Source of the DNA: Candidatus Woesearchaeota archaeon
GTDB lineage: Archaea > Nanobdellota > Nanobdellia > Woesearchaeales > GW2011-AR9
Length of the DNA: 64,000 nt
Direction: 5' to 3'
Assembly (NCBI GenBank): GCA_018676855.1
Contig: JABHDY010000004.1
Coordinates: 28,972 to 92,971, forward strand
Shown here: positions 47,997 to 58,051 of the stretch, piece after piece
How positions within the stretch are numbered: position 1 is the stretch's first letter
Layout: each line of letters opens with the position of its first letter
Notes under the pieces: generated by a model
Databases searched by the model: none
What the model saw: only the letters and a program-made list of their open reading frames with translations
Told to the model about the DNA's origin: nothing
Program-made: the position numbers and the translations under genes

Positions 47997-48225
47997 TGTT
48001 GTTCTCTGTATACTTTACCATACTATCAAGTTCTTCTTCATCACTCTTAATGTCACTTATCTTTTGTTTCAGATATTCTTTCAGTTTCTGTGCTTCTTCT
48101 TCAACCTTGATCAACATTGAAACGTCTGCAAAGTTTTCTTCTGCACAGTCTTTACAATAATAATCTGACGTATTTTTTATCTTAAATTCGGCTTCATCAT
48201 TGCAGACGATACACTTCTTTACCAT
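47962..48225 (-). CDS. Small zinc-finger/coiled-coil protein
   Basis: CIVC...YYCKDC followed by a charged helix. Confidence 0.7.
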   Translation of the reverse strand: MVKKCIVCNDEAEFKIKNTSDYYCKDCAEENFADVSMLIKVEEEAQKLKEYLKQKISDIKSDEEELDSMVKYTENNNDKQDDTTGKD

Positions 48226-48277
48226 AATTAGTGTTTAAAACGAAATTGATTTAAAAATGTTTGGATAGAAAACCAAT

Positions 48278-48970
48278 CTACTTCATTAAAACCTTCTTAA
48301 TCTCTTCAATTTCATGTTCCGTAACTGCACAGCCGTTAAACTTGGTTGCCCATAATACGGCGTCAAGAAGTGTACTTTTTGCATCACGTTTTTTTGGTAA
48401 ATACTGTTCCAACAAACCTAACTTATACGCAACACTTGCAAGTTCAATAGATCTAATAATGGGAACGTTCTTAAAATGTGTACTAAACTCGTTCATTTTC
48501 TTAAGATTAACAATAACATTTCTTTTAAAACGTCGTTCAAGAAGCGATTTCATGTCCTTATTACTTTCTATTAGTAATCGTAATGTTCGTTCGTCCATTA
48601 CAACACCGGCATTTTTTTCCTGTAACGCAGAAGCTACTGCTTCAACTTCTCCCGCTTGTAACACGTCCATAGTTTTACCTTTCATTGTAAACGCACTGTT
48701 AGCAAGCTTTTTTAGTGTAAGAACTTTCTTATCAGGAACTTTATCATAAATCTCAAAGACTCCCTCACGAATCATTTTCATAACTTCTAACGCTTCAAAT
48801 TGAAAACGTCGTATCGTTAAAGGTCGATCAACAAGTTCAAACTTTACTGCGGGCGTTATGTAAAATTTTCCACCAAACTTTTTCTTTAATTCTGGAATGA
48901 GCCATCCTAACCGTGACATCACTAACGTAATAACGGGACCAGCATCAAAAAAAAGTATCTTTTCGGTCAT
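48278..48970 (-). CDS. PIN-domain-like protein (DUF3368-like)
   Basis: FFDAGPVI, ITPAVKFEL, AGEVEA, VMDER acidic pattern. Confidence 0.7.
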   Translation of the reverse strand: MTEKILFFDAGPVITLVMSRLGWLIPELKKKFGGKFYITPAVKFELVDRPLTIRRFQFEALEVMKMIREGVFEIYDKVPDKKVLTLKKLANSAFTMKGKTMDVLQAGEVEAVASALQEKNAGVVMDERTLRLLIESNKDMKSLLERRFKRNVIVNLKKMNEFSTHFKNVPIIRSIELASVAYKLGLLEQYLPKKRDAKSTLLDAVLWATKFNGCAVTEHEIEEIKKVLMK

Positions 48971-49527
48971 TGAGAACCACCAAAGAATTTTAATGCTATC
49001 GCAAGACGTTTTGTTGCTGGAATGGTTTCATGGTGAGAGTTTAATGCACGTGTTTTTGATGCGTACTGTTGTAAATCCCAGTTTGATAAGCCCATAAGTC
49101 CTGCTGCCTGTCCTATTGACAAGCCTTTCTCAACAAGAACTGTACCCTTTTTAATACGTGATGCCTGCATAACATCTTGTAAATGTTCCTTTACTTTTGC
49201 ATCACACTTTTGTATAATTGTAAATAATCGTTTTATATTGCTGTTATATGCACCAAACTTACGATTTTCAAGGTTATGCTTTGCAGATGTTAACTCATCA
49301 AGTAATAGTGTATAATCATCATCTTTAATACACAAGAGAATTTTATAAATTGAATAGAGTAAAACAGTTATAGAAATGATGTCAAGATCTTTATACAATG
49401 CAACGTGTTCAATAGCTTCATCACTAAGTCGTTTAAGTTCTTCATAATCTTGTGCATCACGCGTTTGAAGAATACGAATTGCTTCATTTAAATCTTTTAC
49501 AATCTCTTTCCTTAGTACCTCTTTCAT
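48967..49527 (-). CDS. Helical protein with C-terminal HTH (UPF0175-like), coupled to the PIN gene
   Basis: GLSIGQAAGLMGLSNWDL; ATGA overlap with the PIN gene; start at 49527. Confidence 0.7.
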   Translation of the reverse strand: MKEVLRKEIVKDLNEAIRILQTRDAQDYEELKRLSDEAIEHVALYKDLDIISITVLLYSIYKILLCIKDDDYTLLLDELTSAKHNLENRKFGAYNSNIKRLFTIIQKCDAKVKEHLQDVMQASRIKKGTVLVEKGLSIGQAAGLMGLSNWDLQQYASKTRALNSHHETIPATKRLAIALKFFGGSQ

Positions 49528-49628
49528 ACTTGTAAGAATGATGTTATGTTTTATTAACGTTTTGGTTAGATTAAAATGTCTTTGCCTGCAACAATAACAT
49601 TTATAACCCTTAAATAATTCCTTATTGT

Positions 49629-50120
49629 ATGGGTTTAGCTGTAACACATGTAATTCTTACGATTGTTGTCCTTGACCTCCTTCGTCATTACATCTTTGGA
49701 AAACATAAATTTCCACGATATTTGTTAGTCGTAGGAGGAATTGCTGGATTATTTCCAGACATTGACATTCCATTAACATGGGTGTACAGTTTTCTTACAG
49801 GAATTAAAGGTTCATTACATGGAACATTTACCCATTCATTAACATTTGTCATTATCTTCTTAATCATAGGAGCAATATTGCATTATAATAAAAACATGAA
49901 ATGGGCAAGAATATGTTACGTTATAGCCTTTGGTTGGTTCTCACATTTATCATTAGATTGTTTATATGGTGGATATAAAGATTTCTTATGGCCGTTCTTT
50001 GTTACCAATTTCTGTCCACAATGGGGCATTGGTCAACATGCAACAAGTATTGACGCACTTATTTTGGTTGCATGGCTTGTACACGAAGAAATACATAATA
50101 ATATTAGAGATTATATTTAG
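49629..50120 (+). CDS. Membrane metal-dependent hydrolase (YdjM/DUF457-like)
   Basis: TH...FPDID...HGTFTHSL...SHLSLD motifs; TMs. Confidence 0.85.
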   Translation: MGLAVTHVILTIVVLDLLRHYIFGKHKFPRYLLVVGGIAGLFPDIDIPLTWVYSFLTGIKGSLHGTFTHSLTFVIIFLIIGAILHYNKNMKWARICYVIAFGWFSHLSLDCLYGGYKDFLWPFFVTNFCPQWGIGQHATSIDALILVAWLVHEEIHNNIRDYI

Positions 50121-51127
50121 AGACCAAAGAATCTTGCTATTCTAGGTAAAACCATTGTTTTAGTAAACCCACCCTCACTCACGTACGGACCAAGTTTTGA
50201 ATCACCAATAGAGAAATAATCTCCAGCGCGTAAAGCTTGTTTCAATGTCGCCATGTCTTGTAGATCATCTTCTCTAACATACATTCCAGTAAGTTTTGTG
50301 TGAGTTAGTGCATGTGTATCAGAACCAGTAAATCGTTTTGGTGTCTCTGAAGGTTCAACTAAACCATCACAATTTGTATCAACCATTTTTACAGCTAACT
50401 CGTTTGCCTTTTTTACATCAAACCAAAGATAATCTATACTATACGCGTTGTGTACTTCAACAAAATCTACAAGGCCACAAGTAAATCTTATTTTGGCCTC
50501 TTCTTCTGCAGTTGGCAGCCTAAATGTTTTTCCTTCTGCTATTAAATAGGGAGAAGTATAAACCGAAATACCATCTCTTCTTCGAATTTCATCAATCGCA
50601 GAAAAAACATTCTCATATTTTGGCAAATAATCACCATCAAAACCTATAGCCAGAATATCTGGTCCACCACAATCAATTTCTTCTGTTCGTGTGAAGTATC
50701 CATCTCTAAAACGAGCAAGTTGACCAGGGGTAAGTTCTTCAAAACCTCCAAGATCTTTAACTAATTCAACCGCCTGTTCGTACGTTACAAGTTCTGTCGT
50801 GTCTGGTCTTTGTGTTAACCCTACCAATCCTGGGGAACCTAACATCTCTACAACATCTTCTAAATCTCCTTGATCATTTCGAATATGAGCATGAAAATCG
50901 CACAAGACAAGTGATTCTCCACCATCTTCACGTTCAAGAACAGGTTGTGCTTTCTGTGTTGTATCATCAAGATAAGGACGAGCAAAGAAACCGGTAGCTC
51001 CACCTACAGAAAGAACTGTTCCCCATTTAAGAGTTCCAATACCAAATTTTCGTAGAAGACTTCTTCTTGAAACTTTTCTTGGAATTCTTCTTGATGGTAA
51101 TTCTGTACTTTGACCTAAAAATGCCAT
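50117..51127 (-). CDS. PHP-family metallophosphoesterase-like protein with N-terminal membrane/Tat-like signal
   Basis: DFHAH, EVHN and GSDTH motifs; SRRSLL followed by a hydrophobic stretch. Confidence 0.7.
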   Translation of the reverse strand: MAFLGQSTELPSRRIPRKVSRRSLLRKFGIGTLKWGTVLSVGGATGFFARPYLDDTTQKAQPVLEREDGGESLVLCDFHAHIRNDQGDLEDVVEMLGSPGLVGLTQRPDTTELVTYEQAVELVKDLGGFEELTPGQLARFRDGYFTRTEEIDCGGPDILAIGFDGDYLPKYENVFSAIDEIRRRDGISVYTSPYLIAEGKTFRLPTAEEEAKIRFTCGLVDFVEVHNAYSIDYLWFDVKKANELAVKMVDTNCDGLVEPSETPKRFTGSDTHALTHTKLTGMYVREDDLQDMATLKQALRAGDYFSIGDSKLGPYVSEGGFTKTMVLPRIARFFGL

Positions 51128-51219
51128 TGATTTTTTTTCAAATGGTCAGTATTTAAACGTTATGAATTAAAATACAACATATACCAAATATATAAGAATA
51201 TCAAGAATATACTAAACAT

Positions 51220-51402
51220 ATGGCTCGTTCTAGAACTGATAAATTGGAAGAACGGTTACATCAACTTATTGATGAACTTAAAGAACCTAAAGATGACGGA
51301 CTTTTTTTTGTCAGATTTCAAGAATATATGCATGGAGTACAAGAACTTCCTAGAATAAAACAAGACTTTTATAATCATCAGTCACGATATTTTATTATCT
51401 AA
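51220..51402 (+). CDS. Small hypothetical protein
   Basis: 60-aa ORF with TATATAA ~30 nt upstream. Confidence 0.5.
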   Translation: MARSRTDKLEERLHQLIDELKEPKDDGLFFVRFQEYMHGVQELPRIKQDFYNHQSRYFII

Positions 51403-51602
51403 CCAACAAACATAAACCTTTGAACTTCTTCACCATCAATAGTAACTGTTTCAAGAAACATTTCTTTAGGACGAATCCAAACAGTTCCTTCACCATAAAG
51501 AGCTTTATACACGACATATTCCTCAAGAGTTTCTGAATGCTTTCCAATACTAAGAACTTCGTACTGGTTTCCTTTAAAGTGTTTATATTTTCCTAGTTTC
51601 AT
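51399..51602 (-). CDS. DUF1653 family protein
   Basis: GKYKHFKGNQYEV...HSETLEEYVVYKALYG...WIRPKEMF...RF. Confidence 0.9.
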   Translation of the reverse strand: MKLGKYKHFKGNQYEVLSIGKHSETLEEYVVYKALYGEGTVWIRPKEMFLETVTIDGEEVQRFMFVG

Positions 51603-53059
51603 TCAACAACCTCTCCAACAATACTTCGTAACATATGATCAACTACCCGGACAGAAATCTTTTCCTTCAAAGGCAACCTGCCCTTAACACCAATTATTAA
51701 TGGATATGTACCCATTTGCCGACAGAAAGTTGTCTTCCCATCATAGATTTCTGTGTACACATCTTTCAAAACAGTACCAACTGGAACAATTTTCTGTAGC
51801 ATTGGAAAATCAATTGTCTGTCTTATATCATTACGCCACTTCCAATAATATTTCTTATTCTTTCGTACAAACTTGTTTCCAGCTTTCTTCTCAAGTAACG
51901 TACCTGGAAGAACAGCTGCTTGCCGAACATTGATTCTTCGTAATAATAAACCAGAGTCAAAAACATTCTTTAACGCATCCATATTTGCAACATGAGTTTG
52001 TTTACTTTCATCAATCAAACCAAAGATAATGTTTATTCCAGGTAAAAAAGCGTGCATTCCATTTTCACCACGAACACCACCATACTTATTGATCATATTT
52101 ATAGCCCTAAGAGCAACGGCGGGAGATGTATTTAACAGATTAGATTTAACAACAATAGGATCAAAGGATTCAACGCCAAGTGCAGCAATGTTTCCTGGTG
52201 TACAATATTTTACGATGGCTTGTGTTATCTCTTCACCATTCTTAGATATTACAGAATTTGGATTTACATTATCTATATGTAACACTTCAATCTTAGGACA
52301 TTTCTTTCGAATATCTTTCAACATACCTACTGGATCGTCTGAAGAATAAAAGTCTGCTTGTTTTCCTATCCTAAAATGTCGAGCACCAGCTTTATAGAAT
52401 GCCACAACCTCTTCAACAACAGATTTCTTTGACCTATTAACAAAACAGTTCTTTAACGGTTCTGTACAGAAACTGCACTTTCCTACTTTACAACCCCTGC
52501 TAGTTTCAATTTCTATAACCCTTTTATCAGGAATTTGTTGAAGGATTGATGCACTCTTAACAGAAACTTTACCAACCTCATCAAATGACATGGCAAAGTC
52601 TTGTACCTCATCAAAGAAATCTAAATCAACCTTTTCAAAAAACTTTCCGCCCTCTAACTGTGTTCCCATAACTGCAGGACCAGTAAGTGTTTTAGAAACG
52701 GTAACATCCCTCAATAAAGATATGACTTCTTTTAAAGTTCCAGGCATTGCACTAAGATACTTTCCAGGTACATGAACACCTAAAACAACAATAAGATTAT
52801 CAGTTGATAAAAGAACTTTCTCAGCATCGTTATTAGTTGTATTGTATACCAAAATGTTAGTTTTTTGTTTCACAGAGGGTTCTTTTTTTACTCCCTGATA
52901 CTTTTTCCATAAACGTACATCATCAATTGTTATGTAGGTTACGTCATGTCCTTCCGCTTTTAACTTACCATAAATGTAGCGTGGATATGTTCCTAAGTAT
53001 GGAGGTACGCCTAACCCAGATGCTTCATCTGTATAACAATCAAGTATTGTGTAACGCAT
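51599..53059 (-). CDS. Radical SAM protein (COG1031-like) with C-terminal TRAM-like domain
   Basis: ILDCYTDEASGLGVPPYLG, ETSRGCKVGKCSFCTE, LHIDNVNP, PGINIIFGL, RRINVRQ, RQMGTYP. Confidence 0.85.
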   Translation of the reverse strand: MRYTILDCYTDEASGLGVPPYLGTYPRYIYGKLKAEGHDVTYITIDDVRLWKKYQGVKKEPSVKQKTNILVYNTTNNDAEKVLLSTDNLIVVLGVHVPGKYLSAMPGTLKEVISLLRDVTVSKTLTGPAVMGTQLEGGKFFEKVDLDFFDEVQDFAMSFDEVGKVSVKSASILQQIPDKRVIEIETSRGCKVGKCSFCTEPLKNCFVNRSKKSVVEEVVAFYKAGARHFRIGKQADFYSSDDPVGMLKDIRKKCPKIEVLHIDNVNPNSVISKNGEEITQAIVKYCTPGNIAALGVESFDPIVVKSNLLNTSPAVALRAINMINKYGGVRGENGMHAFLPGINIIFGLIDESKQTHVANMDALKNVFDSGLLLRRINVRQAAVLPGTLLEKKAGNKFVRKNKKYYWKWRNDIRQTIDFPMLQKIVPVGTVLKDVYTEIYDGKTTFCRQMGTYPLIIGVKGRLPLKEKISVRVVDHMLRSIVGEVVE

Positions 53060-53151
53060 GAACCATATAAGACCAATATCTTTTATAAATAATTCTACAT
53101 AACTATCATAGAAACGTAAAGAATATTAACAACTATCATTTTCTGATTACC

Positions 53152-53841
53152 ATGAAAAGAGTAAGGATTGGTATTGTAGGTAATATTGGCGTGGGAAAAT
53201 CGACGTTAGTTCGTGCATGTATGTCACCACAATTTTCTTCAATTCTTCTCAATGTTCTTCCAAAGAATGATGATAACCAATATAATGAAAACTATTCACA
53301 AGTCCATGGCTTTCTTGAAACGTTTAACACAGAAAAATTAGACCAGTTCTATAAAGATCCATTAAAAGTTGCATTTACACTTCAATGCGATTTTTTACAA
53401 AAACGTGTTGATAGAGAGAGTAAGATACAAGATTCGCATGGAATAATAATTGAAGATAGAACATTGGGAGAAGATTATCACATTTTTGGAAAAGCGCAAC
53501 ACATACAAATGAATATGACGACAGAAGAATTTACTCAATATGAAGAAGAATATGTAAAAGTTCAACAAAAAATTCCACAGCCAGACATTCTTGTTTATTT
53601 ACGTGCACATAAAACCACATTACAGAAACGTATAAAAGAACGTGGAAGAGATAGCGAAAAACATATCAACAGCTCATATTTATCGCTCTTAAACATTCTC
53701 TATGAGGAATATGTTAAGAACCATGCTCAATCGCCAGTCATTATAATTGATACAGAGAAATATAAAGACGTAGACCATTTTCTTACAAAAACTATTCAGA
53801 AAATTGCACAAAAAGTTACACAGATAATTAACAAAGAATAA
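53152..53841 (+). CDS. Deoxynucleoside kinase
   Basis: GNIGVGKST P-loop, EDR, PDILVYL...RIKERGRDSE lid. Confidence 0.88.
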   Translation: MKRVRIGIVGNIGVGKSTLVRACMSPQFSSILLNVLPKNDDNQYNENYSQVHGFLETFNTEKLDQFYKDPLKVAFTLQCDFLQKRVDRESKIQDSHGIIIEDRTLGEDYHIFGKAQHIQMNMTTEEFTQYEEEYVKVQQKIPQPDILVYLRAHKTTLQKRIKERGRDSEKHINSSYLSLLNILYEEYVKNHAQSPVIIIDTEKYKDVDHFLTKTIQKIAQKVTQIINKE

Positions 53842-53865
53842 AAAGAAAATTAAAAAAATAAAAAT

Positions 53866-56682
53866 TTATTGGTTACGATTTCTCATACCAACAACAATAG
53901 CAACAACTGCAATTATTATTATAATCACAATTAACCACCATACCCAGCCTGATACTCCCGTAGTTTCTTCTGTTACGTCTCCAGATTCAGTAGTTGCACC
54001 AGTAACATCGTCTCCAACAGATGCTTCTGCCTCTCCAGTTGGGGCTACAACGGCATCACCTGTTTTCTCACCAATGACAAAGTAACTGAAACCTGGCGTT
54101 GTTGCCGAAAAGTGTATGTACGTTCCGTCATCTTCTCCAACAACTGTTGATAATTGTATCCAATCATCGTTTGCGTACCTGAACAATGCAACATTGTTCT
54201 GTGTCAGACCATTCTCAGTTAACCACGCTTTTGCAATTTTGAAGTTAACAACTGGGTTACTTAATAGTTCGTCAGTTAAAGTAACGCCTTTTGTAATCTC
54301 AATGTTTCTGTATACTTTTCCAGTAAATGTTTTAACTGAACTTGGAGGACTATCGATCTTTGCAACTTTTACCCATGCACCCCAGACAGTTTCTGCAGTA
54401 GAAAAATCTACAGAAGTAACACCAACCGCTCCATTGTCAACAATAACTGTTGCAGTTTCTCCCGCATTAATTGAGGTCCATATTTCTTTTGCATACTCAC
54501 CGACAACGTTAGCACTAACGCCACCGCCAGAACCGCCAGAACTACCACCACTTGCTGCTGCCGCTGCAGCATCTGCAGCTAGTGTAGTAAAGTCATACGA
54601 CGCTTTTGCGTAATGGCCGCTTGGGTCAGTACAATTAACTGTCGCTGTATATGATGTAGCTGCTGTTAAACCAGTTACTGTATATGTCCATGTTTGTGCA
54701 CTTTCATCAGTCACGCCCATTAATCCTGTTGCAGGACTTACAATGGAACAATTACCTGCTGATTCATTCACACCTGCACTGATAATTGCTGTTGTACTTG
54801 TTATTGAACTTGCACCAGACGTTACATTTGGTCCCGTTCTATCAACCGTAAACGTTAACGTTTCTGTACTATTCAAGTTGTTAAGTGTATCATTTGCATA
54901 GACTCTTAATGTATGTTCACCTTCATCTAATCCAGACACGTTAACACTGATAGAGTACCAACATCCAAGAGTATCACAATCGTACACTAATTCGCCCTCT
55001 GAATAATTAAACGGATTGCCAATACCTTCCGATGAAGCATTGTCAAAGTTTATCGATACATATGATAAATTGAACCGAACATCTGCACTTGAATCGTTAA
55101 TTGATATGTTAAATGTAACATTATTTGTTACCTCACTAAAGTTCATCTCACTAAATGGATAAACAAAAGTAATGTTTGGTAAAACAGTATCAATAGACAT
55201 GACATGATCAGAACCGCCAGTCCACGAAGAACCAATAAGCCCAGATCCATCTGTACAATTAGCACTTACATTATAATCTCCACTTGTCAAGATTGTTGCA
55301 TTTGTAAAATTATATCCTGAACTACCATCAGAACCATTATTTATTGTTGTTGTGTTCCAAATCGTTCCGTTAAGATATACTGTACAACTTGCACTTCGTG
55401 AAAGACTATCATTGTAATTTATTCCTATGCTTGGAGTTCCAGTCGATGTATTCATAGAGATATTAATCACAGTAACGTTTGGTTGTGTCCTATCAACAAT
55501 AAAGTAAAAAAATTCTGTCTGATTTGTATTGTTGAATGTATCGTTTGCGATAACATAAGCCGTATAAAACCCTTCTTCAAGACTTGAAATGTTGAACCGG
55601 GTACTATAATTGTCCTGTCCAGAATCGTTATCTAACGTAACAGTAATCGCTCCGATTGTGCCACTATTCCATGTATCGTTATCAAATCGAAGAGTAACAT
55701 TTGCAATTCCTACAAAAGCGTCAGTAACTGTCGTATTAAACGTATAATTTCCTGTAGGTGACGTCACATTTTCTCCAGCTGAAAAGTTTACATATCCAGC
55801 AGAGGGATTATTAATACTTACACTTGGCAAGGTTGCGTCAACCGTTAAATTAAATACGGGACTAGACTGACCAATATTACTTGAAGCATCTGTACAATTC
55901 ACACTAACATTGTACCATCCGTCATCTAATGTTGTATCAACTTGTAAGAACGTTACTGCTTCAGAGAATGATACTTGAGTAGAAGTATTAACAATATCAG
56001 TAAGTCCTAATTCACCAGAACCAATGTAAAGTGAACATGTTGCAATGTCTGACCATGTATCATTATAACTCATTCCAATTTGAGGAGTAGAATCGGACGT
56101 GTTAAAGTTTAAATCTCCAGCTGCACCAAAAGAATAGTTTCCTGCAGGATCGTTTGTAACGTTATATATTACAACGCCAGGAGCAGTATTATCAATAGTA
56201 ACGTTGCTAATTATGGTCCAATTATATCCAACATTGAGACCAGAATGATCGTCCTCGTTGGTTACATTATATGTTCCATTCGCACTTCTATTAGCAATAA
56301 AAACTGTAATGTTATAAATTCCGTCAGCAAGAAGGGTGGTATCAAAACTTGTATTGACAAAATATGTTTGGTTAAACGTCGTATTATATATTGTTGTGTT
56401 ATACCCATACGTTCCATCAGGCTCTCCACCTGAAGAATTTGATACATTCATCCAAAAGAACGTTACATTAACAATATCATTATTGTTCGTTCCGTTAACG
56501 GTCCACAATTCACTTGTGTTCGTTACATTTAATGTAATCGTCCCACTCAAATTTGAGTTATTTGTAATGTTTGTCCCAATAATTGGTTCATCGAGCAAAC
56601 TTCCTGCAACTACAAAATACACTAACAAAGAACATATTAAAACCGTAAAGAGCGCGATAACGCTACGTTTATTAATTTCCAT
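53866..56682 (-). CDS. Surface glycoprotein with Ig-like repeats and PGF-pre-PGF domain
   Basis: Very dense N-x-S/T sequons, repeated [VI]DxTxP junctions, Gly/Ala/Ser linker, TPGFSYFVIG, C-terminal TM. Confidence 0.88.
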   Translation of the reverse strand: MEINKRSVIALFTVLICSLLVYFVVAGSLLDEPIIGTNITNNSNLSGTITLNVTNTSELWTVNGTNNNDIVNVTFFWMNVSNSSGGEPDGTYGYNTTIYNTTFNQTYFVNTSFDTTLLADGIYNITVFIANRSANGTYNVTNEDDHSGLNVGYNWTIISNVTIDNTAPGVVIYNVTNDPAGNYSFGAAGDLNFNTSDSTPQIGMSYNDTWSDIATCSLYIGSGELGLTDIVNTSTQVSFSEAVTFLQVDTTLDDGWYNVSVNCTDASSNIGQSSPVFNLTVDATLPSVSINNPSAGYVNFSAGENVTSPTGNYTFNTTVTDAFVGIANVTLRFDNDTWNSGTIGAITVTLDNDSGQDNYSTRFNISSLEEGFYTAYVIANDTFNNTNQTEFFYFIVDRTQPNVTVINISMNTSTGTPSIGINYNDSLSRSASCTVYLNGTIWNTTTINNGSDGSSGYNFTNATILTSGDYNVSANCTDGSGLIGSSWTGGSDHVMSIDTVLPNITFVYPFSEMNFSEVTNNVTFNISINDSSADVRFNLSYVSINFDNASSEGIGNPFNYSEGELVYDCDTLGCWYSISVNVSGLDEGEHTLRVYANDTLNNLNSTETLTFTVDRTGPNVTSGASSITSTTAIISAGVNESAGNCSIVSPATGLMGVTDESAQTWTYTVTGLTAATSYTATVNCTDPSGHYAKASYDFTTLAADAAAAAASGGSSGGSGGGVSANVVGEYAKEIWTSINAGETATVIVDNGAVGVTSVDFSTAETVWGAWVKVAKIDSPPSSVKTFTGKVYRNIEITKGVTLTDELLSNPVVNFKIAKAWLTENGLTQNNVALFRYANDDWIQLSTVVGEDDGTYIHFSATTPGFSYFVIGEKTGDAVVAPTGEAEASVGDDVTGATTESGDVTEETTGVSGWVWWLIVIIIIIAVVAIVVGMRNRNQ

Positions 56683-56832
56683 TCTACCAACCTCTTTTTT
56701 GTATAATTATGATTAATTATGAAGAAAGTAAGTTAGGTTAATATATAAAAGTTTGTTTTTATAGAACATAGTTCTATATGTTATTTTATCCGTAATGTTT
56801 AAAAAGAAATTCCTGTTTGCAGTAACATTAAT

Positions 56833-56906
56833 GGCTCCATGGCTTAGCCTGGTAGAGCGCACGACTGATAATCGTGAGGTCCCGAGTTCAAATCTCGGTG
56901 GAGCCA
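56833..56906 (+). tRNA. tRNA-Ile(GAT)
   Basis: Acceptor GGCTCCA/TGGAGCC-A; anticodon arm CACGA-CTGATAA-TCGTG; CCGAG-TTCAAAT-CTCGG. Confidence 0.96.
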
Positions 56907-56912
56907 TTTTTC

Positions 56913-57842
56913 TTATTTTTGTAGTATCCAACCGCACCGTGCACCTAACGAAAAATCAAAATCATGATAATCTATAGAATGTCTTCCATCAACCGTACCT
57001 GATTGAAGTTGTTCATCTGACGTTACTCGTAAACCCATATACTGTGCGCCAACACCCAAAATACATTCTATAGAAAAAATGCGAAATGATGGACCTGCTT
57101 GCATACGAAGTGCACCACCAAATGCTGACAAATCAATATTTCCATTATCTTGTGAAGGTAAACCTAACAACCGCATTGATTTTCGTACGGATTCGTCAAC
57201 AACATCAACATCAAGTTGTAATGAACTTAGAAACCATGTGAAATATGCACTAATGTCAGCCGAAATGCCAATTGCAAATGAATCGTTTCCGAGCGATATT
57301 TTTTCTGTTAGACGACCACCAACAGTTCCATGATGAAAGTCTCCACGAAGTGTATAATCTACAGGAGTAACACCATATCGAGTAGAACCACTATCCTTTA
57401 AAGGATGTCTCCATAATTGTGAAGAACTATACGATACAAACCCACCAACAGATAAATTATGTTCAGCAATATTTCCTATAGGACCCTGCACAAGTACAGT
57501 ATCAAAATAAATTCCCATAATTGGTAAGTAAAATTCTTCCTCATCAATTTTTGATGCTAATGAACCTTCAGGAAAATGAAGTTTGCCAGGATCAATTATA
57601 GAACTACCAACTTCAAAACCAAACACATATTTTCGTGGAGAATCTAATAGGGGAATATCAACACGATCTTCTAAAACTGGAAATTGTTTTTCAGGAACGT
57701 CAATGCCTATTGGAGAAGTGTTTACTTCCACAACTTTTTCTGAAACAATGTTCTCTCTTGGTTCTGCACGTGTAACAGGAGCATATATCAATTGAAACGC
57801 GAGAGCTGACGCCGTTAATAAATTTCTAAGAAGATGAGTCAT
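56913..57842 (-). CDS. Secreted hypothetical protein with amphipathic beta-strand pattern
   Basis: Signal-like N-terminus; multiple Gly/aromatic alternating strands; start at 57842 after a TATA box. Confidence 0.65.
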   Translation of the reverse strand: MTHLLRNLLTASALAFQLIYAPVTRAEPRENIVSEKVVEVNTSPIGIDVPEKQFPVLEDRVDIPLLDSPRKYVFGFEVGSSIIDPGKLHFPEGSLASKIDEEEFYLPIMGIYFDTVLVQGPIGNIAEHNLSVGGFVSYSSSQLWRHPLKDSGSTRYGVTPVDYTLRGDFHHGTVGGRLTEKISLGNDSFAIGISADISAYFTWFLSSLQLDVDVVDESVRKSMRLLGLPSQDNGNIDLSAFGGALRMQAGPSFRIFSIECILGVGAQYMGLRVTSDEQLQSGTVDGRHSIDYHDFDFSLGARCGWILQK

Positions 57843-58051
57843 AGTATAGCATGTGTATATAAAGTATATAAGGGTTGTGACACAAACACAAAAATTATAA
57901 ACTATTATACTCATAAAAAGACTATTTTTTATGCTATCTCTATATATAGTTTCATGTGTCTAAATCTTTAAATAGCAGTTATCATTATGGAATTATAAAA
58001 ATTCGTATCAAATGGATTTTTGTACTTAACCATTGGGGGGTGTTATGTATT

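Noticed and set aside
52460-52500. Radical SAM Cys spacing Cx4Cx2C
   Set aside because: Variable first spacing is seen in this family; not evidence of novelty on its own.
56713-56977. Two short ORFs over 56833-56906
   Set aside because: They are translations of tRNA-Ile.
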